A stretch of DNA of 64,000 nt from an uncultured Actinomycetes bacterium (lineage in GTDB: Bacteria; Actinomycetota; Acidimicrobiia; Acidimicrobiales; RAAP-2). Of this stretch, positions 9,267 to 18,969 are shown one piece after another. The notes under the pieces are model-generated. The model had not been told where the DNA came from. It saw only the letters and a program-made list of their open reading frames with translations, and did not search any database. The DNA is taken from contig CAIQPR010000017.1 of the NCBI GenBank assembly GCA_903873775.1, positions 69,719 through 133,718 of the forward strand. Direction: 5' to 3'. The position numbers and the translations under genes were made by a program. The first letter of the stretch is position 1; every line of letters begins with the position of its first letter.

Positions 9267-10289
9267 CTAGCGACGCACCGGGATCAACGGGAAGTGACAG
9301 GCGACTTGGTGCCCTTCGCTCAGTGTTTGCATTTGAGGTTCTTCGCTCGCGCAGAGATCGGTCGCCTGCGGGCAACGCGTACGGAAACGACAGCCACTCG
9401 GGGGATTGAGGGGGCTCGGCGGCTCTCCGCCCAGCACCTCATCGTGGCGAGGGCTATCGGGATCGGCGTCGAGAGCCGCTTCCAGCAAGAACTTGGTGTA
9501 CGGATGCGCCGGTTGCGCGTACAGCGTGTCGGACGGACCAATTTCGCAAAAGCGTCCGAGGTACATGACCGCGACACGGTCACTCACGTTCTTCACCACG
9601 GCGAGGTCGTGCGCAATGAAGAGAAGCGTGAGTCCGTATTCCTTCTTCAAGTCTTCGAGCAGGTTCAAGATCTGCGCTTGAATCGACACGTCGAGTGCTG
9701 AGACCATCTCGTCGCAGATCAGCATCTTCGGCTTCATGGCGAGGGCGCGGGCGATCGAGATGCGCTGGCACTGACCACCGGAGAACTGGCGGGCGTAGCG
9801 ATTTCCGTAGACGCGAGGGTCGATGCCGACCTTGGTGAGGAGTTCGAAGACGATGTCGTCACGCTCCTTACCCTTGGCCGCTCGCCAGCAATCAATAGGT
9901 TCGGCGACGATGTCCCGAACGCGTCGGCGGGGATTGAGTGAACTCACGGGATCCTGGAAGATCATTTGCAGCTTCCGACGAGTGAGTCGCAGTTGGCGAC
10001 CCTTCATCTTGGTCATCTCGACCCCATCGAGCTGTACCGATCCAGAAGTGGGCTTCTCGATACGCATTAGCGCACGGCCCGTCGTGGACTTACCGCAACC
10101 GGATTCCCCAACGAGACCCAGCGTTTCTCCCTCGTAGATGTCGAAGGAGACGCCCGCGACGGCGCTGACCACGTGGCCACCTCGACGGAATTCAACCTTC
10201 AGATTCTCGACCGAGAGGAGAACCTTACGTTCATTCTCTTCAACAGCCGGCGTGATCTCAGTCGCGGTCACTGTCAACTCCAATTTCAT
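9267..10289 (-). CDS. peptide/nickel ABC transporter ATPase (OppF/DppF-like)
   Basis: GESGCGKST, FSGGQCQR, ICDE, C-terminal oligo_HPY motif (AHPYT...CRFRTRC). Confidence 0.93.
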   Translation of the reverse strand: MKLELTVTATEITPAVEENERKVLLSVENLKVEFRRGGHVVSAVAGVSFDIYEGETLGLVGESGCGKSTTGRALMRIEKPTSGSVQLDGVEMTKMKGRQLRLTRRKLQMIFQDPVSSLNPRRRVRDIVAEPIDCWRAAKGKERDDIVFELLTKVGIDPRVYGNRYARQFSGGQCQRISIARALAMKPKMLICDEMVSALDVSIQAQILNLLEDLKKEYGLTLLFIAHDLAVVKNVSDRVAVMYLGRFCEIGPSDTLYAQPAHPYTKFLLEAALDADPDSPRHDEVLGGEPPSPLNPPSGCRFRTRCPQATDLCASEEPQMQTLSEGHQVACHFPLIPVRR

Positions 10290-11448
10290 TCGCGCTCGCT
10301 CGGGGCGAGGCTACGGGGACGGCACGTGCGGGAATCGGATTCCAGCACGCGAAGAAGTGACCCGTCGCCTCACTCGGTGTGAGTTCTGGTCGCTCGCTGA
10401 GACACTTCTCGGTGACGTACTTGCAACGAGGCGCAAACGAGCAACCTTGCGGGAGATTCAGAATGTCCGGTGGACGACCGGGGATAGTTGTGAGGCGCGT
10501 GTGGCTCGGATCGGCCACTTTCGGTGTGGATCCGAGAAGCGCCTCGGTGTACGGCATGCGGTGGCTGTAAAACACGTCCCGCGTCGTGCCCATTTCCACA
10601 ATGCGCCCGGCGTACATCACGATGATGCGGTCCGTACGCGTCGCGACAACACCAAGGTCGTGCGTCACCAAAATCACCGACATCTTGTAGTCGGCCTGCA
10701 ATTGCTCCAAGAGGTTGAGGATCTGCGCCTGAATCGTCACGTCGAGACCAGTGGTGGGCTCGTCCGCAAGAAGGAGGCGCGGATTGCACGCAAGAGCGAT
10801 CGCAATCATGACGCGCTGTCGCATACCGCCGGACAATTGATTAGGGAACATGCGGTAACGCTCTTCGGGCGAGGGGATACCAACCTGCGTGAGCAACTCA
10901 ATTGCACGCTTCTTGGCGTTGGCCCGACTCATGCCCAACCGGACACGCAGCCCCTCAGAAATCTGTGTGCCAACCCGGACTACCGGATTGAGCGAGGTCA
11001 TGGGGTCTTGGAACACCATCGCGATGTCGGTGCCCCAGATCTTGCGCAGTTCTGATTCCTTGGCCCGCGCAATCTCGAAGCCGACCAAGGGGTTTTCGTC
11101 CATGGGACCCTCGACCTCATCGGCGGTACCGGTAAACGGCGTGGCGAATTGGATGCTGCCGTCGACTTGGACACCCCGCTTGGGCTGCAGTCCCATCAAC
11201 GTGCGGGAAAGAACGGTTTTTCCCGATCCTGATTCGCCGACAATGCCAACGACCTCGTTGGTGTAGAGGTCAAAGGACACGTCGCTGACCGCCGTGACGA
11301 CACCTCGCGGAGTCAAGAAGCTCGTCGTGACGTTCTGAACGCTCAAGAGGGGAGCGTCTGGTGGCAGAAGACGGATCTTCTTCGAGGGCGTTGCGTTGTC
11401 AACGGCGCTCACTGCTTCGGCTGTTTCGTCCACGGATTCCGCGCTCAT
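10258..11448 (-). CDS. peptide/nickel ABC transporter ATPase (OppD/DppD-like)
   Basis: [23 protein letters not shown]-terminal CSFAPRC. Confidence 0.93.
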   Translation of the reverse strand: MSAESVDETAEAVSAVDNATPSKKIRLLPPDAPLLSVQNVTTSFLTPRGVVTAVSDVSFDLYTNEVVGIVGESGSGKTVLSRTLMGLQPKRGVQVDGSIQFATPFTGTADEVEGPMDENPLVGFEIARAKESELRKIWGTDIAMVFQDPMTSLNPVVRVGTQISEGLRVRLGMSRANAKKRAIELLTQVGIPSPEERYRMFPNQLSGGMRQRVMIAIALACNPRLLLADEPTTGLDVTIQAQILNLLEQLQADYKMSVILVTHDLGVVATRTDRIIVMYAGRIVEMGTTRDVFYSHRMPYTEALLGSTPKVADPSHTRLTTIPGRPPDILNLPQGCSFAPRCKYVTEKCLSERPELTPSEATGHFFACWNPIPARAVPVASPRASANEIGVDSDRD

Positions 11449-12440
11449 AGCTTTCCTTCCGTGACGTCAAAGAAGTCCCGGAGCTTGTCACCAATCGTGT
11501 TGATGGACAGCAGAAGGAGGAAGAAAGCAATGCCCGGGAACAGAACGAGCCAGGGTCCGACGCCTGAATTGGGCGAATTGATAAAGGTGGTTCCTTCGTT
11601 GATCATGTTTCCCCACGATGGCTCGGGAGGCGGAACCGATACGCCGAGAACGGCGAGTCCACCTTCAAGGATGATGAGCGTGGCGACGCCAATCATGAAG
11701 AAGGAGATGGCGGTGGGAAGAATATTGGGCAGAATTTCCTTGAAGATGATCCGGAAATCACTTGCACCTTGGACTTTGGCGGCGGTGATGAACTCTCGTG
11801 ACGCGGCGGCCAGGGTGCTGCCTCGTATAACGCGGTAGACGGCGGGGATCGACGCGACCGACAACAGGATGATGATCTTGTTGAGATCCATGGGCTTCCA
11901 CACCGCAGAGAACGCGATCAGGAACACGATCGCCGGAAAGGCGAGGATCGTAAACATGAAAATGCTGAGGAGGCTGTCGAAGCGACCCCGACGGTACGCC
12001 GCGTAAACGCCCAGGGTGCCGCCGATGGCGAAACCGATCAACATGCCACCGAAGCCAATCTCGAGTGATACCCGAGAACCATGAAGGATGCGGCTGAAGA
12101 TATCGCGTCCGGATTCGTCAGTACCGAGCCAGTGTGCTGCCGTCGGGCCTGAGTTGACCGGCAGATTGGGGTCAGTCGCGACTTCCAGCGTCGGATCCTG
12201 AATCGGGAGGAAGTTGACGAAGATCGCGACGAACACGTTGAGACCGAACCACACGACACAGCACCAGAAGAACCATCCCAGCTTCTTGCGCTTCTCTTTA
12301 ATGAATTCGTTGTCGATCTCACCGGGCGTTTCCAGCGCCATGGCGGGCTCGTGGATGCTGTGATCTTCTCGCGGAAACGCCGGCGGTGACTGCGCGAAAG
12401 GCGAGGGTTGAATGTGGTTTGGCGGCGGGTAATCAGTCAC
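11445..12440 (-). CDS. peptide/nickel ABC transporter permease (OppC/DppC-like)
   Basis: HWLGTDESGRDIFSR, EAA-type loop (REFITAAKVQGA), PPPEPSWGNMI. Confidence 0.93.
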   Translation of the reverse strand: MTDYPPPNHIQPSPFAQSPPAFPREDHSIHEPAMALETPGEIDNEFIKEKRKKLGWFFWCCVVWFGLNVFVAIFVNFLPIQDPTLEVATDPNLPVNSGPTAAHWLGTDESGRDIFSRILHGSRVSLEIGFGGMLIGFAIGGTLGVYAAYRRGRFDSLLSIFMFTILAFPAIVFLIAFSAVWKPMDLNKIIILLSVASIPAVYRVIRGSTLAAASREFITAAKVQGASDFRIIFKEILPNILPTAISFFMIGVATLIILEGGLAVLGVSVPPPEPSWGNMINEGTTFINSPNSGVGPWLVLFPGIAFFLLLLSINTIGDKLRDFFDVTEGKL

Positions 12441-13383
12441 GCGAGATCCTTGGGTCGATGTAGCCAGTCAGCAGGTCAATGGCGAAATTGATCAGGATGA
12501 TGAGCGTTGCTGTGACGAACACGATGGCCTGAATGAGCTGGTAGTCAGGCTGCTGGGTCGCTTGGAGCAACTGCCCACCGACACCGTTGATCTGGAAAAC
12601 GGATTCGGCGATGAATGTTCCAGTAATCAGACCGGCCATGTTGACGCCAATGGCGCTCAACAACGCGACGCTGGACGGCCGGTACGCGTGGCGGAACAAG
12701 ATGCGGGACTTCGAGATGCCCTTCGAGCGAGCCATCGTGATGAATTCGTCTTGCAGCGACGTGATCAAGTCAGCGCGGAACACGCGGAAGTAGACCACGA
12801 AACTGCCGATGCTGAGGGCAATGATGGGAATGCTCAAGCTCTCAATGTTGGCCAGCCAGTCCTGTGTGAACGGGACGTAGGACGCGGGTCCAGAGTTAGG
12901 TACCCCAAGCCATTCGGAAATGGGGATGTACAGCAACGTGATCACCACGTATGTCGGTACCGACAAGAGACCGAAGGACCCCATGTTGGCCAGGCGATCG
13001 AAGATGCCCGAAGGACGCAACGCGGCGAGCGTGGCTAACGGTATGGCTAGAACCAGTGCGAGGAGTTGTGAGAGCAGCACCATTTCAATGGTGGGCGGCA
13101 AGCACTGGCTAAGCGTCTGCGAAATTGGCTGGCCGGAAATCCAGTCGGTGCCAAAGTTGAGATGCGCCATATTCCAGACGTAGCTGAGATATTGCTGCCA
13201 CAAGGGCTTGTCGAGTCCGAGCGACTTGTTGAGGGCCGCTCCAAGTTGCGGCGTCCAGCCCTGTTGGAGAATCGCTTGTGCGGGATCTCCGGGCAGAAGG
13301 TGGATGATCAAGAACGCCAAGAACATGACGGACAAAAGGATCCAGACCAGGAACACCAGTCGTTTGACTAAATACCTACCCAC
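12433..13383 (-). CDS. peptide/nickel ABC transporter permease (OppB/DppB-like)
   Basis: LPGDPA, GLDKPLWQQY, DEFITMARSKG, DYQLIQ. Confidence 0.93.
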   Translation of the reverse strand: MGRYLVKRLVFLVWILLSVMFLAFLIIHLLPGDPAQAILQQGWTPQLGAALNKSLGLDKPLWQQYLSYVWNMAHLNFGTDWISGQPISQTLSQCLPPTIEMVLLSQLLALVLAIPLATLAALRPSGIFDRLANMGSFGLLSVPTYVVITLLYIPISEWLGVPNSGPASYVPFTQDWLANIESLSIPIIALSIGSFVVYFRVFRADLITSLQDEFITMARSKGISKSRILFRHAYRPSSVALLSAIGVNMAGLITGTFIAESVFQINGVGGQLLQATQQPDYQLIQAIVFVTATLIILINFAIDLLTGYIDPRISRD

Positions 13384-13455
13384 GTGCCTTCCCCCTCAGC
13401 GCTGTGTGAAGGATAGCGAATCTTGATGTGAACAAAAGGCCAATCTCCAGAGTTC

Positions 13456-13461
13456 TAGAGT
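13456..13461 (+). promoter_or_regulatory. putative -10 element (TAGAGT), leaderless start at 13468
   Basis: TANNNT + 6 nt + GTG. Confidence 0.6.
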
Positions 13462-13467
13462 GTCGCG

Positions 13468-15027
13468 GTGGCGGAAACTCGATTCGGACAAATTGGTCGT
13501 CTGGCGCAGCGTGTTCTGCCCATCCTGATTGTCATCGATCTACTTGCCGGCATTACTTTTCGATTCTGGACGAAATCGAAGTTGTGGCTCGACGAAGCAC
13601 AGGCCGTCAACATCTCCACACATTCACTCACTCAGATCGTCAGTTATCTGAAGAACGATGGCGCACCTCCGCTCTATTACTTCATCTTGCATTTCTGGAT
13701 GAAGGTTGTCGGAACGAGCGACAAAGACGTACGTGCTTTGTCTGGCGTCATCTCTGTGGCGACACTTCTCTTGGTCTACGGCGCCGCCAAAGCGTGGTGG
13801 GATCGACGGAGCGCAATTATCGCGGTGGCCATTGCGGCGGTATTGCCGTACTGCATCTACTTCGCGACCGAGACGCGCATGTACGCGCTCGTGATGGCAG
13901 AAAGTACGGCGCTCCTCTGGGTTCTTCGTGTGCATCTAGATCGGCCCCGTTGGTCAACAACGGTCGGAATGGCGCTGATCGGTTCGTGCCTTCTTTATAC
14001 CCACTACTGGGGCATTTACCTCTTAGGCGTGTTCGGACTGTTTGGGCTCATTCGGTGGTACCTCCATCGAGGTCAGCCGGAACGCCGCGATTGGATGTTG
14101 GTCCTCGCGCCCACTGTGGCCTTCGTGTCCTTCTTGCCGTGGGTGCCCATTTTTAACTCTCAACGACTCCACACGGGTACGCCGTGGTCGCCGGGACCAG
14201 GTCTGTACCAGATCTTCACGTGGTTCAACGGGTTCACGGTGAATCAAAGTGAGCACCTTGTGGCGTTGTCCCTGCACAACGAGATCACGATGCTGGTGTT
14301 CGTGGGTCTCGTCTTGTACGGGGTCTTCGGCCTCGTGATGACGCCGAAAGACAACCGTCTCATTCTGGACTGGACGGGGGTTCCAGAAACACGCACGATT
14401 GCCTTCATCACAATGACGACGATGGCCTTTGGTCTTCTCGCCTCTCACGTCTCGGGATCGGCCTACGTGCCCCGGTACGCCGCCGTCATAGCTATCCCCA
14501 TTGCGTTTCTCGCCGCGCGTGGAGTTCGCAATTTTGAGACGCCGCTACGCATCCTGATCGTTTTGGGTTTGATGTCGGGTGCGGCAATCTGGACTGACAA
14601 GTGGGGCGTACAGGTACAGCGAACGCAAGCCGGCGTCATTGGTACAGCTCTGCGTGCCGCTCCCGCCGGGTCGTTGGTCTACGTCTGTCCGGACCAGCTG
14701 GGGCCATCTCTGCTGCGTTATTCACCTACGAACCTCACCTACATCGGCTACCCGCGCTTTGAGAATCCGAAGATTGTGAATTGGTACGACTACCTCGACG
14801 CGTACAACGCGAGAACGCCCGCTCAAAATGCGGCCGCCCAGGCTGCAACCATTTCGTCCGGACAATCGGTCTACGTGGTGTGGGCGCCCAATTACGGGCT
14901 CAAATTGACATGCGTGGATTTCACGCGCGCATTGGCCGCGTCGCTTCATCGCCACATCGTGACGGTGGCGCCCTTGAATCTGAGTGGGTACTACCAATCC
15001 ATGGAGTTACAGCAACTCGTCGGATAG
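13468..15027 (+). CDS. GT-C glycosyltransferase (GT39/PMT_2-like, polyprenyl-phosphate-sugar dependent)
   Basis: LWLDEA after TM1, DGAPPLYY, ETRMYAL, YTHY; about 10 hydrophobic segments plus a C-terminal soluble domain. Confidence 0.85.
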   Translation: MAETRFGQIGRLAQRVLPILIVIDLLAGITFRFWTKSKLWLDEAQAVNISTHSLTQIVSYLKNDGAPPLYYFILHFWMKVVGTSDKDVRALSGVISVATLLLVYGAAKAWWDRRSAIIAVAIAAVLPYCIYFATETRMYALVMAESTALLWVLRVHLDRPRWSTTVGMALIGSCLLYTHYWGIYLLGVFGLFGLIRWYLHRGQPERRDWMLVLAPTVAFVSFLPWVPIFNSQRLHTGTPWSPGPGLYQIFTWFNGFTVNQSEHLVALSLHNEITMLVFVGLVLYGVFGLVMTPKDNRLILDWTGVPETRTIAFITMTTMAFGLLASHVSGSAYVPRYAAVIAIPIAFLAARGVRNFETPLRILIVLGLMSGAAIWTDKWGVQVQRTQAGVIGTALRAAPAGSLVYVCPDQLGPSLLRYSPTNLTYIGYPRFENPKIVNWYDYLDAYNARTPAQNAAAQAATISSGQSVYVVWAPNYGLKLTCVDFTRALAASLHRHIVTVAPLNLSGYYQSMELQQLVG

Positions 15028-15055
15028 TGCGAGAAAAGTTCATCTTCGCCTTGAC

Positions 15056-15061
15056 TAAGGT
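15056..15061 (+). promoter_or_regulatory. putative -10 element (TAAGGT), possible leaderless start at 15069
   Basis: TANNNT + 7 nt + ATG. Confidence 0.4.
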
Positions 15062-15068
15062 TTCAGGC

Positions 15069-16556
15069 ATGGATGAGCAGAAGCCCATTGTTGTCATCGG
15101 TGCAGGTCCGGCAGGATTGACAGCGGCGTACGAGATTCTCCGTCGGGGCGGTTCCGTGGTCGTGTACGAGTCCGACGGTGTCGTTGGCGGCATTAGTCGA
15201 ACCGTGGAGCGCGAGGGCTGGCGTTTCGATATTGGTGGACACCGGTTCTTCACGAAGGTGAAGGAAGTAGAGGCTTTCTGGCACGAGATTCTGCCCGATG
15301 AAGACTTTCTCCTTCGTCCCCGTATGTCACGCATTTTTTACGACGGGAAGTATTACGACTACCCACTAAAGCCCATGAACGCCCTGAAGAATCTGGGGTT
15401 CATTGAGGCCGTTCGTAGTGTCGGCAGTTACGGATGGGCGAAGGTCCATCCTCCGAAGGATCAGACCAACTACGAAGGTTGGTTGGTTGCGCGATTTGGC
15501 TGGCGCCTCTACCGACGGTTCTTTAAGACCTACACCGAGAAGGTGTGGGGCGTTCCCGTCAATCAAATGCCCGCCGACTGGGCGGCTCAGCGAGTGAAGG
15601 GTTTGTCGCTGGGTAACGCGATTTCTACTGCGCTGTCGCCGAAGAAGAAGCAGACGAACATCACCAGTCTGATTGAAGAATTTCAGTATCCGAAGTTCGG
15701 ACCCGGAATGATGTGGGAGCGCTGCACAGACTTGATTCGTGAAAAGGGAGGCCGCGTCGAGCTCCGCCACCGCGTGGTGGGCATTCGACACGAAAATGGA
15801 CAAGCCGTTGCCGTCAGGGTCAAGGGGCCCGATGGCGTCGTCTCCGAGCAGCCGGCGGCACACGTGATTTCCACGATGCCCATGGCCCAATTGGTTGACG
15901 CCTTCGAACCGGCCGCACCTTCCAGTGTCGTCACCGCGGGACACGATTTGCACTATCGCGACTTTTTGACGGTCGCTCTCGTCATTCCCGAAGACCAAGC
16001 CTTCCCAGACAACTGGATCTACATTCACGCGTCGGAAGTGAAGGTCGGACGTATTCAGAATTTCGGATCGTGGTCCCCGTACATGGTGAAGGAAGGTCGC
16101 ACCTGTCTCGGTCTTGAGTACTTCGTCTTCGAGGGTGACGAGTTGTGGAACGCCAAGGACGAGGATCTCATCGAGATGGGCAAGAAAGAACTTGCGTTCC
16201 TCGGGCTGATTTCCAATGATGTCACCATCGACACGGGGTACGTGTTCCGCATGCCGAAGGCGTACCCGTACTACGACGGCACGTACAAGCAGAATGTCAA
16301 GGTGATCAGTGACTACCTGGCGTCCGACATGTCGAATGTGCACCTGATCGGCCGCAACGGCATGCACAAGTACAACAATCAGGATCACTCGATGTACACG
16401 GCAATGCTCACGGTCGACAACATCTACGGTGCGCACAATGACATCTGGGCGGTGAACGTCGAAGAGGAGTATCACGAAACCTCCTCCACCTCGTCCGGAA
16501 GTGAAGGAACGGGGCGCGACGCACCTATTCTGCCGAAGCGCACCTCGATCACCTGA
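15069..16556 (+). CDS. FAD-dependent oxidoreductase, UDP-galactopyranose-mutase-like (eukaryote-type)
   Basis: VIGAGPAGLTAA FAD motif, FDIGGHRFF, WIYIH, PKAYP, GRNGMHKYNNQDHSM. Start set at ATG 15069. Confidence 0.75.
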   Translation: MDEQKPIVVIGAGPAGLTAAYEILRRGGSVVVYESDGVVGGISRTVEREGWRFDIGGHRFFTKVKEVEAFWHEILPDEDFLLRPRMSRIFYDGKYYDYPLKPMNALKNLGFIEAVRSVGSYGWAKVHPPKDQTNYEGWLVARFGWRLYRRFFKTYTEKVWGVPVNQMPADWAAQRVKGLSLGNAISTALSPKKKQTNITSLIEEFQYPKFGPGMMWERCTDLIREKGGRVELRHRVVGIRHENGQAVAVRVKGPDGVVSEQPAAHVISTMPMAQLVDAFEPAAPSSVVTAGHDLHYRDFLTVALVIPEDQAFPDNWIYIHASEVKVGRIQNFGSWSPYMVKEGRTCLGLEYFVFEGDELWNAKDEDLIEMGKKELAFLGLISNDVTIDTGYVFRMPKAYPYYDGTYKQNVKVISDYLASDMSNVHLIGRNGMHKYNNQDHSMYTAMLTVDNIYGAHNDIWAVNVEEEYHETSSTSSGSEGTGRDAPILPKRTSIT

Positions 16557-16561
16557 GTCCG

Positions 16562-17833
16562 GTGACACTCGTGTCGGGACCCACGGCGTCCTCTCCGTGG
16601 CGGCGGTTGCTGTCGAATGCACTACTTGTCGCCGTCGCCGGAGGCTTCGCCAACGTCCTGAATTTGGGCGTGACGTTTTTCATCGCGCGACTGCTGCAGC
16701 CCAATACCTACAGCGCCTACTCGCAGATGGTGGGAGTGTTTTTCGTTGTGGCGCTACCTGGGAGCGCGTTGAGCGTGGCGGTCGTGCGACGGGCCACCTA
16801 CTACATCGTGCGGGGAGAGGACGACGTCACGCGCCGCTGGGAGTACCGACTCCGCCAACGCGTTATTCGGGCGGCCGCCGTGGGCGCTCTGGGTTCTCTG
16901 CCTTTGGCGGTCGTGATTGCCCTGTGGTTGGGACACCGCGCGTGGATCGATGTGTGGCTGGTGATTTTGGCGGGCATTGTGTACGCGGTCGTGAGCGTCG
17001 ACCGCGCTTTGCTCCAATCACGCCAGAGATACAGCGCCCTCGCGGGGAACTTCGTTGTCGAGGGTCTCGTACGTACGGTTTTCATTCTGGTGGGCACGAC
17101 CTTCGGCGTCGCGGGGTACGGAGTGGGGCTGTTAGTGGCTGAATTGCTGACGCGTTGGCATTCGTCATGGTTAACGCGTCCCGAAGAACCCGTTGATCAC
17201 TCAATTTCCCTGACGCACACCGGTCTGACCAACGAGCTGATGGTGGCCTTTTGGACCTTGGGCATGATGGCCATTTTGCAGTTCATCGACGTGTTCACCA
17301 TTGGTCACGCCAATCCTCACGGTGGGGGTTCCTACACGGCGATCTCGCAAATCGCGAAGACTCTTGTCTACGCCGCCACGATCTTGAGCAGTTTTCTGTT
17401 ACCCGAGGCGGCTCTCGCGAATCGAAAAGGTGGTGACGTTGTCAAGCAGTTGGGAGTGGTGGGCGGGCTGCTCGCCGTGCCAGCCCTCGTGCTCACGGCG
17501 ACTGCCGCGCTCGCGCCCACATTGCTCGTAGACGTGTTTCCCGCGCAATATCGTCACGCCGCCGATTCACTCCTCACCTTGGTGGTCGCGATGGTGGCTC
17601 TCTCGGTGTCGACCGTCCTCGTGACGTTCCTGCTGGGCGACGGAGCTCGCTTGCCCACTCTGTGGCTGACTGCGTGCGTGTCCGTCGGTTTCTTCTGGAT
17701 TGTGGGCGCTCACGGGGTGTGGCATGAGACGGCGACAAGGGACCTCGAGGTGCAGTGCGTGGTCGTGGTGGGCCTCGTCGTCGCGTCGGGATTTCGGCTT
17801 CGTTCTCGTTTACGACTGGAGGCTGCGGCGTGA
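16562..17833 (+). CDS. polysaccharide/oligosaccharide flippase (Wzx/MOP-superfamily-like)
   Basis: About 12 hydrophobic segments, two-fold repeated architecture, located in a glycosyltransferase operon. Confidence 0.75.
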   Translation: MTLVSGPTASSPWRRLLSNALLVAVAGGFANVLNLGVTFFIARLLQPNTYSAYSQMVGVFFVVALPGSALSVAVVRRATYYIVRGEDDVTRRWEYRLRQRVIRAAAVGALGSLPLAVVIALWLGHRAWIDVWLVILAGIVYAVVSVDRALLQSRQRYSALAGNFVVEGLVRTVFILVGTTFGVAGYGVGLLVAELLTRWHSSWLTRPEEPVDHSISLTHTGLTNELMVAFWTLGMMAILQFIDVFTIGHANPHGGGSYTAISQIAKTLVYAATILSSFLLPEAALANRKGGDVVKQLGVVGGLLAVPALVLTATAALAPTLLVDVFPAQYRHAADSLLTLVVAMVALSVSTVLVTFLLGDGARLPTLWLTACVSVGFFWIVGAHGVWHETATRDLEVQCVVVVGLVVASGFRLRSRLRLEAAA

Positions 17834-18963
17834 CCCGCGATGCAACTGCCGAACTTCGTGAGTTGGTCGCCGCGTCCGGCCTTCGAACCATTCGCGTCAT
17901 CGCGTGGCGCGATCTCGACGACCCCGAGGCGGGCGGTAGTGAGCTGCACGCGGACGAGGTTCTACGACGATGGGCGGCCGCGGGTCTGTCGGTCGATCTG
18001 CGGACCTCGGCGGTTCCGGGACGCACCAAGCGCATCCGTCGGCACGGTTATTTCGTAGAGCGGTCGGGGGGCCGGTATCAGGTGTTCCCGCAAGCTGTTC
18101 TCCGCGGTTTCCGTCACGATCGCGATCACTATGACGCACTCGTTGAGATTTGGAACGGGATTCCGTTCTTTGGGCCTCTGTGGTTCAAAGGTCCTCGGCT
18201 CACCTTGCTGCACCATGTTCACGGCGCCATGTGGAAAATTTCGGTTCCTGGTCCGCTGTCCAAGGTGGGTTGGTGGCTTGAACATCGGGTCAGTCCTTTG
18301 ATCTATCGAAATTCGCGTATCTCCACATTGTCCAGTTCGAGTGCGGAAGAGATTAGAGACATCCTGCATCTTCGGGATGTGTCGGTTGTTCCCGTCGGGG
18401 TCTCGACGTTCTATTCGCCCGGCGGACAGCGTTCCGAGACCCCTCTCGTCGTTGCGGTGGGGCGACTGGCACCCGTGAAGAGGTTTGACATTCTGATTCG
18501 GACATTTGCGGAGGTGCGGGCCGCATGTCCGACCGCCCGTCTCGTCATTGCCGGCGAAGGTTACGTCCGCAGCGATCTCGAAGCCCTGGTGGAAGAGGTG
18601 GGGGGTCGGGAGTGGATTTCCTTGCCGGGTCGCATTAGTGACGAGGAACTTCGCGATTTGTACCGGTCCGCGTGGGTGCTGACGTCAACGTCGCTTCGAG
18701 AGGGCTGGGGAATGACGATTACCGAGGCCGCCGCCTGCGGCACGCCCGCCGTGGTCCATGACATTGCCGGTCACCACGACGCCGTGGACGCCAATCACAG
18801 TGGACTTCTTGTTCCTGAAACGGATTCGCTTGCCGACGCCCTGGTGAATGTTCTCAGTGACGCTGAATTGCGTGAACGGCTCGCATCCGGTGCCGCCGAA
18901 TACGCGGCAACCTTCTCGTGGGATGAAGTCGCGCTCTCGCTCTTTCGTCGGCTTGTCGACTAG
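17830..18963 (+). CDS. GT4 glycosyltransferase (Rv0225-like)
   Basis: WRDLDDPEAGGSE, GGRY, NGIPF, HHVH, VGRLAPVKR, TSLREGWG...EAAACGTP. GTGA overlap with the flippase gene. Confidence 0.9.
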   Translation: MTRDATAELRELVAASGLRTIRVIAWRDLDDPEAGGSELHADEVLRRWAAAGLSVDLRTSAVPGRTKRIRRHGYFVERSGGRYQVFPQAVLRGFRHDRDHYDALVEIWNGIPFFGPLWFKGPRLTLLHHVHGAMWKISVPGPLSKVGWWLEHRVSPLIYRNSRISTLSSSSAEEIRDILHLRDVSVVPVGVSTFYSPGGQRSETPLVVAVGRLAPVKRFDILIRTFAEVRAACPTARLVIAGEGYVRSDLEALVEEVGGREWISLPGRISDEELRDLYRSAWVLTSTSLREGWGMTITEAAACGTPAVVHDIAGHHDAVDANHSGLLVPETDSLADALVNVLSDAELRERLASGAAEYAATFSWDEVALSLFRRLVD

Positions 18964-18969
18964 GGCGAG

